Part shown: piece after piece, positions 1 to 7,820 of the stretch
Numbering within the stretch: position 1 is the first letter of the stretch
How the letters are laid out: every line of letters begins with the position of its first letter
Assembly: GCA_964615185.1 (NCBI GenBank)
Contig: CAZTOS010000001.1
Location: 1-26,378 of the forward strand
Reading direction: 5' to 3'
Length of the DNA stretch: 26,378 nt
Source of the DNA: an uncultured Thermococci archaeon
Lineage (GTDB): Archaea; Methanobacteriota_B; Thermococci; Thermococcales; Thermococcaceae
Notes under the pieces: model-generated
The model's database searches: none
The model's input: only the letters and a program-made list of their open reading frames with translations
Told to the model about the DNA's origin: nothing
Translations under genes and position numbers: made by a program

Positions 1-155
1 TGCCTTGAAGGGCGAGCGGATTAACCCCTCGCCATGGGTGGGGAGGTTTGAGGGGCTTCATTAAAGTCCATCAAGATTTTCAGCCCCTCGGGGAGGGTCT
101 TCCCCCGGTTACCCCTACCTCCCGCTAAAACGGGAAGGCTCGGGGTTATCGTTCT
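1..155 (-). ncRNA. TnpB omegaRNA/reRNA scaffold (3' end and guide outside window)
   Basis: GC-rich hairpin series overlapping the tnpB 3' tail: ACCCC..GGGGT, AAGACC-loop hairpin, GAGGGGCT/AGCCCCTC, GGCGAG/CTCGCC. Colinear with 15820-15977, with compensatory changes. 5' boundary approximate. Confidence 0.75.
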
Positions 156-1307
156 CACAACTTCTTCAAAATGTTGAAAGCTCCAACTAAATCAGCGTTC
201 ATTACAACGCCCTCTCTGCGGCACTTAAACAAACCTCTAAAGATTCTACCATTCGAATGGCGTTGGCCGCAGAGAGGGCAGGTCTGAGAAGTGAAAGCCT
301 CATCAACAAGCAGGACTCGAATACCATACTCTTCCGCAACCTCAGTTAAACGTTTTATTACAGTGTTAAAACACCAAACGTGAGAAAGAATGAAGTTTTG
401 CTTTTTACCCTTATTAGGTTCTCTTGCAATTTCTTTAGGATACCCAACGACAATTCTGCTAACGCCCAACTGATAGAGCCTTTCAACAGTCCGCCTCACT
501 GCAGTGTTGATGTAGTGTTTTGCTTGGAGTTTAGCCTTTTCATGCATTCTCTTTAATTTCCTACTCTTTCTACAACCCGACTTGTTGAGTTTAGACTGGT
601 ATCCCGCTATCTTTTTCTGCCAGTAGAATGCAATGCTCTTTAGTGGCCTACCATTCACGAGGAGACTCTCACCATTCTCGACATAAACAGCCATTAAATT
701 GTTCACTCCCAAGTCAATACCAGCCGTGAGGTTTCCTTTCGGCTGTCTTGGAACTTTAACCCAACCATTTTTGGATAGTCTCTCTTCAACATTAAAACTA
801 ATGTGAGCATACCATTTCCGCTTTACATCGTCGTAAATAATTTCAAGCCTCCCCTGCTTGCCCTTCAAATGTATTCTGCCCTCGACTTAGCCTGCCGAAT
901 TTTCCAAGACGCTTCAACTCGATTACGTTGCCGTCAATTCTGTACTGGTCGTTCCTAAGCGGAATGATGAAGAGCTTTCTCCCATTCTCCTCCTTGACGA
1001 ATTTTGGTGGTTTTGGCTTGAACCAGGTGGGCAGTTTTTTCTTCCTGTTCAGGGAGAAGAATGAACGCCAGGCTTCAGCGTTCTTTCTAGCCAGTTGTTG
1101 GACTGTCGAGCCACCAACCCAGTCTTTTAAGGCGTAGTATGCTTCTTTTTCCGTGGTGGCAAAGTCCACTACTCCAAACTTTTTAAACTGCTTCAGCCTC
1201 TCGTAGTTGATTTTGTTCCAGATTGTGGCTGTGGCTTGGGCTAGTTCGAAGAGGGTTTTCTCTTGGGCTTTTGAGGGCTGGAGTTTGACTGTTGCAGAAC
1301 GCTTCAT
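21..1307 (-). pseudogene. tnpB: RNA-guided endonuclease TnpB, two frameshifts (~885 and ~160)
   Basis: ORFs 843-1307 and 155-868 join as ...FGRL/EGRIHLKGKQGRLEI. Motifs: RuvC-I GIDLG, VDEAFTSQTCPLC zinc finger, RuvC-III NADLVGAFNIL. Adding 1 nt at ~160 extends the frame (KKVVRTITPSL..GRGNRGKTLPEGL..MARG*) to TAA at 21-23. Confidence 0.9.
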
Positions 1308-1459
1308 TTCTTTTCCCGTTCGATTTTTTCAATCCAGAGTTTCATGGCCTCAGTTACCGCAACTCCCAGTGCCCCCCTAATCCGCCCATATTTCCCCACC
1401 ACGAGCTCCCTAAACCTTTTCTCAACTCTATCGTCAACGGAGACAGTTATTACTCCCAT
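1304..1459 (-). CDS. 51-aa ribbon-helix-helix (CopG/Arc-like) DNA-binding protein, not in the ORF track
   Basis: MGVITVSVDDRVEKRFRELVVGKYGRIRGALGVAVTEAMKLWIEKIEREKK*: alternating beta strand followed by two helices. RBS GGTGGGAG. Its TGA overlaps the tnpB ATG (ATGA). Confidence 0.85.
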   Translation of the reverse strand: MGVITVSVDDRVEKRFRELVVGKYGRIRGALGVAVTEAMKLWIEKIEREKK

Positions 1460-1470
1460 GCTCCCACCAT

Positions 1471-1506
1471 TAAGTATTAGTACAGCTTAGTATTTAAACC
1501 TTTCTC
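1471..1506 (-). promoter_or_regulatory. BRE/TATA promoter of the RHH-tnpB operon with three TACT(A/T)A direct repeats (candidate RHH operator)
   Basis: Minus strand GAGAAAGG-TTTAAATA, with TACTAA (1492-1487, overlapping the TATA end), TACTAA (1482-1477) and TACTTA (1476-1471). Confidence 0.55.
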
Positions 1507-1582
1507 TTGCTTTCCTGCTCAAAAACCAAATTTTCGAACACTGCACCCCACCCTAAAGGGCAAGGCTTGAAAAAAGAAAAGT

Positions 1583-1615
1583 CACCTCCATGAAGTAGCC
1601 GACACCAGTGTATGG
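1583..1615 (-). pseudogene. Remnant second copy of the extreme C-terminus of the large zincin protein (PYTGVGYFMEV)
   Basis: Translates PYTGVGYFMEV versus PYTGVGYYLRV near the end of ORF 2222-3337. Six of the 7 identical residues use different synonymous codons. Confidence 0.7.
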
Positions 1616-1628
1616 GCTATTGAAATAT

Positions 1629-2225
1629 CTATCTGCCTTTCATTCTTGTTAGTAGGGGAACCAATGCTAATCCAATTAACAGCGTTGGCCCGCAGATTGT
1701 CTTGTTACCCTCGTTTGGTGTGTATTTTCGAGGGGAGTGGAATTGGGAATAGCATGAGAGGTTCTTTGGTCCGTAGCAGTCAAACTCACTGTAAATTCCA
1801 TCATCCATGAATACTGTTACACCAATGTCAAAATTTGTAATTTCAAGAGTCCATTTCTTGATAGGAGCGTTATTGTATATCTTGATGTATTCATAGTATT
1901 TCTCCAGAAATGCATCTATATCCCAGTCTGAAATCCTAAAGGGGCTGATGTTCTTTGTAGGAATCATTCTTTTGGTTGTTCTATTTTTTGTGTACTCTAC
2001 AAGGATATCATGAGTTTTGTTGTACGGATATATTATCCTCACCTTCATAATGCTTGAATCATTGAACGGATTAGTTGGGATATTTGGGCCAGTTCCATCA
2101 ATGAGGATATACTTAATGCTTTGATTTTCTTCTAGCACGTCCCATAGACTAACTGCCTTTAGGAGGTGAATAGCTGGAGTTAATACCAAGGAAAAAAGAA
2201 AAATTGTTATGAACAATCTTTTCAT
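1629..2225 (-). CDS. CGP-CTERM sorting-domain cell-surface protein
   Basis: N-terminal signal peptide MKRLFITIFLFSLVL. C-terminal KTICGPTLLIGLALVPLLTRMKGR fits the Thermococcales CGP-CTERM pattern. ATGA overlap with the upstream gene. Confidence 0.85.
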   Translation of the reverse strand: MKRLFITIFLFSLVLTPAIHLLKAVSLWDVLEENQSIKYILIDGTGPNIPTNPFNDSSIMKVRIIYPYNKTHDILVEYTKNRTTKRMIPTKNISPFRISDWDIDAFLEKYYEYIKIYNNAPIKKWTLEITNFDIGVTVFMDDGIYSEFDCYGPKNLSCYSQFHSPRKYTPNEGNKTICGPTLLIGLALVPLLTRMKGR

Positions 2226-3337
2226 TGTGATCCCTCCTGATATAGAACTCTTAGATAATATCCAACTCCAGTATACGGTCCAGTTCTGGGTATATAATCA
2301 AAAGGCAACCTCTCATCTCTTGTATTATTGAAATCCAGATCAAGTTCTAAGCCCGCATTGATATTTTGTACCCCATTGAAGGACACAAGATAGTCTTTTG
2401 AGAGGATGTCAAATACCATTTCCCATGCTGAAGTATGTGTCACCCCCTGGCTGTTTATTTGGAATTTAATCTCCCAGTGTGCCGTTGTAAAGTTTTCCCA
2501 TGAGTTTACATCCCACCCATAGTCGGTGTATATTTGGATTAGCGTGTTCTGCAGTTCATACAATTGTTGATTGAACCATTGGTAATTGTGGGGAATACTT
2601 AATTCACTGAATTTTTCTGCTTTGTTCATGATAGTAGGCAACTGTATAAAGTTGATGTCCCTCTTGGAGAGCTCTGCTGTCATGTTATCATAACTAATAC
2701 ACTCCCATTCACGAGATTCTATGATATACCTGCATGTATGGGTTATGTACTCATCCCCTATACCAAAAACAAAGTGTCCGAGCTCGTGGGCTATTCCCCG
2801 ATAGTACTCGTCTGGGGTTTTATCTCCGAACTCCCTGAAGAGCAGGACATATCCACCCTCCTTGCCTGGAAGGTTCTTCACCCACTTCCAGTACCAGAAA
2901 CCGTGGTAAGTTAACAGAGTATCATTAGACTCGGGTTTAACTCTCACCATATAGCTCTCCCACTCTTCACTGCCTACCTGCACGTTGTTCTTTATGCTGA
3001 TCTCCGTTATCATCGCATACCCATCCGTGTAATCGTAAACCACCTGACTCGCCCTCTGGAAGCCCTTAATGAGCTGAGTAAGGTAAGTCTGGTTGGCATT
3101 AAATCCGACGGCAACCGTCAGTTTTATTCCGAGAACATCTGGCTTTGCAGGATCCTTCCCAATAAACAGCTCTACACTGTTTGGAACTCCATCACCGTCG
3201 TAATCTCCGTACATGTCATTCTCCTTTGGATTGAACCTTTCACTGTAGCCTCTCTCCTCAAGCTCTTTGTTAAGCTCTAACTCTTTGTAGAATGGTATTC
3301 CATCCCCATCAGCATCGTTCAGCTTGATGAGGAACAT
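2222..3337 (-). CDS. C-terminal part of the large surface protein: DxDxDG Ca-binding repeats plus zincin metalloprotease domain
   Basis: DADGDGIP and DYDGDGVPNSVE repeats. HELGHFVFGIGDEY at 2788-2747. No signal peptide. One added G at 3334/3335 joins it to the upstream ORF. Confidence 0.75.
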   Translation of the reverse strand: MFLIKLNDADGDGIPFYKELELNKELEERGYSERFNPKENDMYGDYDGDGVPNSVELFIGKDPAKPDVLGIKLTVAVGFNANQTYLTQLIKGFQRASQVVYDYTDGYAMITEISIKNNVQVGSEEWESYMVRVKPESNDTLLTYHGFWYWKWVKNLPGKEGGYVLLFREFGDKTPDEYYRGIAHELGHFVFGIGDEYITHTCRYIIESREWECISYDNMTAELSKRDINFIQLPTIMNKAEKFSELSIPHNYQWFNQQLYELQNTLIQIYTDYGWDVNSWENFTTAHWEIKFQINSQGVTHTSAWEMVFDILSKDYLVSFNGVQNINAGLELDLDFNNTRDERLPFDYIPRTGPYTGVGYYLRVLYQEGSQ

Positions 3338-6174
3338 ATCTCGGCGTCATCTTCATCACTATCTTCTGAGGTCGCTAGGGCATCAAAGGTTAACGCAGTA
3401 GGAGTGCTTTCAGTTTCACTGTCGCTTAAAGCTTGGATTTCTCGCTCCTTTGCATCCTCATTCTGTTCCTTGAAGACAAAGACTGCTTCATATCTTACAC
3501 GTTTTCTTGCTGTTGCATTTTGTTTAACTGTAATATTTCCATTACTCGCTTCACTATCCGTGGACAGTACTTTAACATCTTCACTTGGAAGGTTCTGCAC
3601 CTGAACTTTAGCGTTTCTCTTGTTGATTACTAAGACCTTCCTCTCAGTTCCGTTTGGCAAAGCTAGGGTGAATAAAACTGCCTCTTCAGGCTTGGAATAC
3701 TGATAGAGCTTCCCTTTTTGATAATCTTTGACCTCTACACTCTCAATTCCATCCCATCCCCTAGCATCTGTGATGTTAACAATGCTTAAATCATAACCCA
3801 TGGCTTCAAGCTCATCGTAGTACTTGACGAATGGTTCAATGTCAGTGCTTGAGTCTAAATCACCACAGGAACCATCACCGCAACCGCTCAGATGACCATA
3901 GCCAAAGTAGACTCTGTGATCATTTGGATAATCATGGAAGCCCCACGTACCACTCTTTACAGAGAACATAACTTTAGCCATCTTGTCTTCCTCATCTGTC
4001 CCGCTTTCTGGAGATATATCGAGCATATCCCAAGACGACAGAGTATCTCTGTCAAAGAGCTTGAAGTAAATCCATATAAACTCAAAGTACTCTGGGATAT
4101 CAACTGTAAACTTGGCTATCTGCTGAAGCTCCATATTTACAAGCGTGTCGTTAGTTAGTATTATTGATTTCTCAGCATCATCCTGATTATCTGATATTGT
4201 AAAACTCTGCCATACAATGTTACCATGTCCGAGATTAGCTTCAATCTCCAAGGTCATGTCAGCTTTCTGATAATCAGCGGAAAGCCATTCATCAACTGGA
4301 TCGAGAACTCTTGCACGAAAGACATACACCGTTAATGTTAAGTTCCTTGTTAGTGGGTCCACATCTTTTGAATCTTTTATACCATCCCCATCAGTGTCCC
4401 ATTTATATGGGTCTGTCTTGTACTTTTCTATTTCTTCAATATCACACCAGCCATCAAAGTCAGTGTCCAGTTTAACAAGAACAGTCCTCTCTTCGGGTGT
4501 CCCAACGTTACCCCTCTCATCCACTGGGACAAACATAAATCTAAGCTCCTCGGTACAGTTGTTTATCACTGGATAATAATAGTAGCTTGCAGTTTCTTCA
4601 GAGGCAATTGGACCTATTGTGAACTTATACTCATCATTAACGTAGACTCTGACATATACCTCATCACTCTCCTCGTCGTACACCGTTACTGTCCCATCAA
4701 ATCTATACCCGGAATATGCTTCTTCAGGAATTGTTATGTTAGTTATTTTTGGAGGTAAGTTAGGTTTCACGTAGATTGTCTTCTTCCATGTATCTCTGAG
4801 TTCACTATCTTCCCAGAGCTCAATAGTGACATTGTGAGTTCCAGGTGTAGGATCCTTCCAAATTAGATAGAATTGATAACTTTGCTCAGGCAATACATAT
4901 CCCGAAAAGCTCCATTTTTGTTCATTATCAACTAACAGCTTTAGGGTAACATCCACTTTTTCAGAGGCAGGATTATTGACTAAAACATCAAATTTAATAT
5001 CCCTACCTTCAATAACTGGGGAAGGATAATTTACACTGGTTATGCTCACAGTGGGTACAGAAATCCAAGTAATTTCCGTTGACTCTTTCCCTCCTGAATA
5101 AGAAGGAATAAACTTTGCAACTACAACATGGGTGCCAGGCTCTGCAGTCCATGCATCATAGAAGCGGAAATACTTGATTGAGTATTTTTCCACATAAACA
5201 CTCTCACTTTTGAGTATCTCTCCATCTATAACAAGCTGAAGGGTTCCAGCGCCTCCCAATGCTCCTCTGTTATCAAGCTTTATTGTGAAATCTACTGGAG
5301 TTCCGGGAGAAGGTTTGCTTGGATAGTAATAGATATCCTCTACAGTTATCTCAGGAGAAGATGAATAATGGTATGTGCTAATAACGTTTCCCAGTGAATC
5401 AACTAAATACACAGTGTCTCCATCATTATTAAGGATAGCATCCTCCGGGCTTGAAGCAACTTTTACAATATATGTTCCAAATGGGGCAATTGTGCCATAA
5501 ACCCTGATTATGTGTTCTCTACCATAATATTCACATGAGTCTTTTGGTGTTCCATCATAGTTCCAACATTCGTTATTATTGTAGGCAAAGCTATCCATTA
5601 TGTACCAACCTGGAATATTCGCTGAGGAACTACTTGGATTGTAAAGGATTACATACTCGCCATTTCCATCATTTGTTAGATAATCGATGTCCTTTATCAC
5701 AACGCTGTAAGGTATTGATAAAGGAACAACTTGTAAATCCTTAGAAAGTTCTTTAATCTCGGAATCTGTAATATTGCCGTCTGTTTTTAACCTTTCTATA
5801 GTATGAAGAGCTTTTTCTGGATTTTTCCATTCATAATACCTGATTTTTATCGGGTTAGTGTTATTAAGATACCACAACTCAAACTTTAAGCCCTCACTAG
5901 TCCTTGTAATGTTTGTAATTTTCATGTTTTCTGAAACTACTATTGTTCCATTAATCATTTCCTTAATCATCAGTTCAAGTGCACTGAGAAGAACTTCTCT
6001 GTCTTCATATGTCAAGTTTTCTAATAACTCTAAGAGAGGAGCAAAAAAGGGATTTACTGTTTCGTCTCCTTGTACTTCGCTCTGATCTTTCTCCTGTTGT
6101 ATATCCGCCTGTGACAATGTGGAAGATATTAGTAAAACTAAGAGCAGCATTACTATAATAGATTTTCTCCTCAT
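3319..6174 (-). CDS. N-terminal part of a large secreted protein (signal peptide, lamin-tail-like domain, CARDB/Ig-like domains, Ca-binding repeats); probably frameshifted
   Basis: RBS GGAGGTG before ATG 6174. Signal MRRKSIIVMLLLVLLISS. LTD-like EYVILYN..GWYIMD..LNNDGDTVYL. CARDB-like beta repeats. DTDFDGWCD/DTDGDGIKD repeats. Confidence 0.8.
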   Translation of the reverse strand: MRRKSIIVMLLLVLLISSTLSQADIQQEKDQSEVQGDETVNPFFAPLLELLENLTYEDREVLLSALELMIKEMINGTIVVSENMKITNITRTSEGLKFELWYLNNTNPIKIRYYEWKNPEKALHTIERLKTDGNITDSEIKELSKDLQVVPLSIPYSVVIKDIDYLTNDGNGEYVILYNPSSSSANIPGWYIMDSFAYNNNECWNYDGTPKDSCEYYGREHIIRVYGTIAPFGTYIVKVASSPEDAILNNDGDTVYLVDSLGNVISTYHYSSSPEITVEDIYYYPSKPSPGTPVDFTIKLDNRGALGGAGTLQLVIDGEILKSESVYVEKYSIKYFRFYDAWTAEPGTHVVVAKFIPSYSGGKESTEITWISVPTVSITSVNYPSPVIEGRDIKFDVLVNNPASEKVDVTLKLLVDNEQKWSFSGYVLPEQSYQFYLIWKDPTPGTHNVTIELWEDSELRDTWKKTIYVKPNLPPKITNITIPEEAYSGYRFDGTVTVYDEESDEVYVRVYVNDEYKFTIGPIASEETASYYYYPVINNCTEELRFMFVPVDERGNVGTPEERTVLVKLDTDFDGWCDIEEIEKYKTDPYKWDTDGDGIKDSKDVDPLTRNLTLTVYVFRARVLDPVDEWLSADYQKADMTLEIEANLGHGNIVWQSFTISDNQDDAEKSIILTNDTLVNMELQQIAKFTVDIPEYFEFIWIYFKLFDRDTLSSWDMLDISPESGTDEEDKMAKVMFSVKSGTWGFHDYPNDHRVYFGYGHLSGCGDGSCGDLDSSTDIEPFVKYYDELEAMGYDLSIVNITDARGWDGIESVEVKDYQKGKLYQYSKPEEAVLFTLALPNGTERKVLVINKRNAKVQVQNLPSEDVKVLSTDSEASNGNITVKQNATARKRVRYEAVFVFKEQNEDAKEREIQALSDSETESTPTALTFDALATSEDSDEDDAEICSSSS

Positions 6175-6346
6175 GTACACACCTCCAACTTAAGTTTATA
6201 TAAACTATCTTGAATAGTTAGTTTTTAAAATTTATAATTTTTATTCTGCCATTATAAGTGGTACATAAAGGAACAAGAATAGAAAAATTAGGGCAAACTA
6301 ATAGTTTCTAGGATATTTTTATAGTTTATGTTATGCAAAGTTAGAT

Positions 6347-7390
6347 TTAAATCAACTCTCTCTCCATCTTTGTGAGCCTCTTAGCTCCATCTTTCGTTAT
6401 AACAACTGTATCCTCAATCCTGACGCCACCAAGCTTTGGAATGTAAATTCCTGGCTCAATCGTTATGACAATTCCTTCCCTGAGGACAGTCTCATCGTAC
6501 TGGCTTATTCTCGGAGGCTCATGAATTTCCAACCCAACCCCGTGACCGAGGCTGTGGATGAAGTAATCTCCATAGCCATATTCCGCTATGATGTCCCTTG
6601 CTATGCTGTCGAGTTCTTTCGCAGTCATTCCTGGCTTAGCTTTTTCAACAGCTGTCTTTTGAGCCTCAAGAACTATCTCATAAATCTCCTTCTGCTTCTC
6701 ATTGGGTTTTCCAATAACTATGGTTCTTGTTATGTCAGAATTGTAGTGCCTGTAAAGTGCTCCTAAATCTATGACAACTAAATCTCCTCTCTCAATCCTC
6801 TTATCGCTTGCAACTCCATGGGGGAGAGCTGACCTGTGACCGCTGGCAATGATTGTATCAAAGGCTGGCTTTTCAGCACCGTTCATCTTCATAACATACT
6901 CAACCTTTGCTGCTATTTCCCTTTCTCTCTTCCCTTCACTGATTTCTTCAATAGCCGCCATAACAGCCATGTCAGCCAATTCACACGCACTTTTGATTAT
7001 CTCGATTTCTTCTTTGGTTTTTACGATTCTAAGGTCTTTTATAACATCATCAATACTCCTAAATTCCTTTATCTCAGCTTTTTCTTTAAGTGCATTCATG
7101 AAGGAAAAGCTTGTTGAACCTTCAATTCCCAAAACACTATAAGGTTTGAGCTTTTCATAAAGTTCTGGCAGTTTCTTGAACTTTTCAACTGGTAGTTCAG
7201 TTTCTTCCCTTGTTGCCTCATATTCAAGTTCAGGAACGTAAATTATAGCCCCATCGGGAGTAACAACTAAATATCCCCCAGCTAACGGAGAAGCTCCAGA
7301 AAAGTAGAACAGGTTTTCACGTTTAGAGATGAGCGCTGCATCAATTGAGTTCTCGTTTATAAACTTTTGAAGCTTCTTTATTCTTTCCAT
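6347..7390 (-). CDS. pepQ: Xaa-Pro dipeptidase (prolidase, M24B)
   Basis: DLG..YNSDITRT, HSLGHGVGLEIHE, TIEPGIY and GVRIED metal motifs. RBS GGTGGTGATC favours ATG 7390 over the 7471 track start. Confidence 0.95.
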   Translation of the reverse strand: MERIKKLQKFINENSIDAALISKRENLFYFSGASPLAGGYLVVTPDGAIIYVPELEYEATREETELPVEKFKKLPELYEKLKPYSVLGIEGSTSFSFMNALKEKAEIKEFRSIDDVIKDLRIVKTKEEIEIIKSACELADMAVMAAIEEISEGKREREIAAKVEYVMKMNGAEKPAFDTIIASGHRSALPHGVASDKRIERGDLVVIDLGALYRHYNSDITRTIVIGKPNEKQKEIYEIVLEAQKTAVEKAKPGMTAKELDSIARDIIAEYGYGDYFIHSLGHGVGLEIHEPPRISQYDETVLREGIVITIEPGIYIPKLGGVRIEDTVVITKDGAKRLTKMERELI

Positions 7391-7514
7391 TTTCATGATC
7401 ACCACCAAAGCTGAATAGCTGAGGGAGGATAAAACTGTTTCTATTACCTGGTGCATTTTCATCAAGATCAATAAATTTAAAAGCTCTCTTCAATAGGCAT
7501 TAACGGTGAGAGCG

Positions 7515-7772
7515 ATGAAGGGGATAGTGTTAAGCTACATGAGGAGTAAGGAAAATCAGCACAACCACCACATGATTATCAAGCCTCTTGGAATTGAGAG
7601 CAGAGAAGAGGCAGCAAAGCTCATAGGAAAGAAAGTCATTTGGAAGAGCCCGAGCGGAAAAATCATTGCTGGCAAAATTATCAAGCCACATGGAGTTAGG
7701 GGCGAAGTTAAAGTAAGGTTTGAAAAAGGTTTACCCGGACAAGCTCTTGGGGATTACATCGAAATTCTCTGA
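7515..7772 (+). CDS. rpl35ae: 50S ribosomal protein L35Ae (eL33)
   Basis: [47 protein letters not shown] before ATG 7515. Confidence 0.95.
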   Translation: MKGIVLSYMRSKENQHNHHMIIKPLGIESREEAAKLIGKKVIWKSPSGKIIAGKIIKPHGVRGEVKVRFEKGLPGQALGDYIEIL

Positions 7773-7820
7773 TTTCTTTTCTTCCTAACCTAAGCTTTTT
7801 GTAAATAAATTGGTGGTACC

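Larger units (their letters stand above)
1..1580 (-). mobile_element. IS200/IS605-family (IS1341-like, no tnpA) element: left end, RHH gene, tnpB pseudogene, omegaRNA; right end runs off the window
   Basis: Minus-strand left end reads TGAC|TTTTCTTTTTTCAAG-CCTTGCCC-TTTA-GGGTGGGG (hairpin 1546-1565), nearly identical to 15572-15609. Contains tnpB. The start of a right-end hairpin (CTCGCCCTTCAAGGCA) lies at 16-1. Confidence 0.9.

Noticed and set aside
843..900. Programmed frameshift in tnpB
   Set aside because: No slippery heptamer. Residues appear to be missing at the junction, and a second lesion exists at ~160.
1292..1480. Plus-strand 62-aa ORF, or a tnpA remnant
   Set aside because: It is the antisense shadow of the RHH gene. 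No HUH/Y1 or serine-recombinase motifs.
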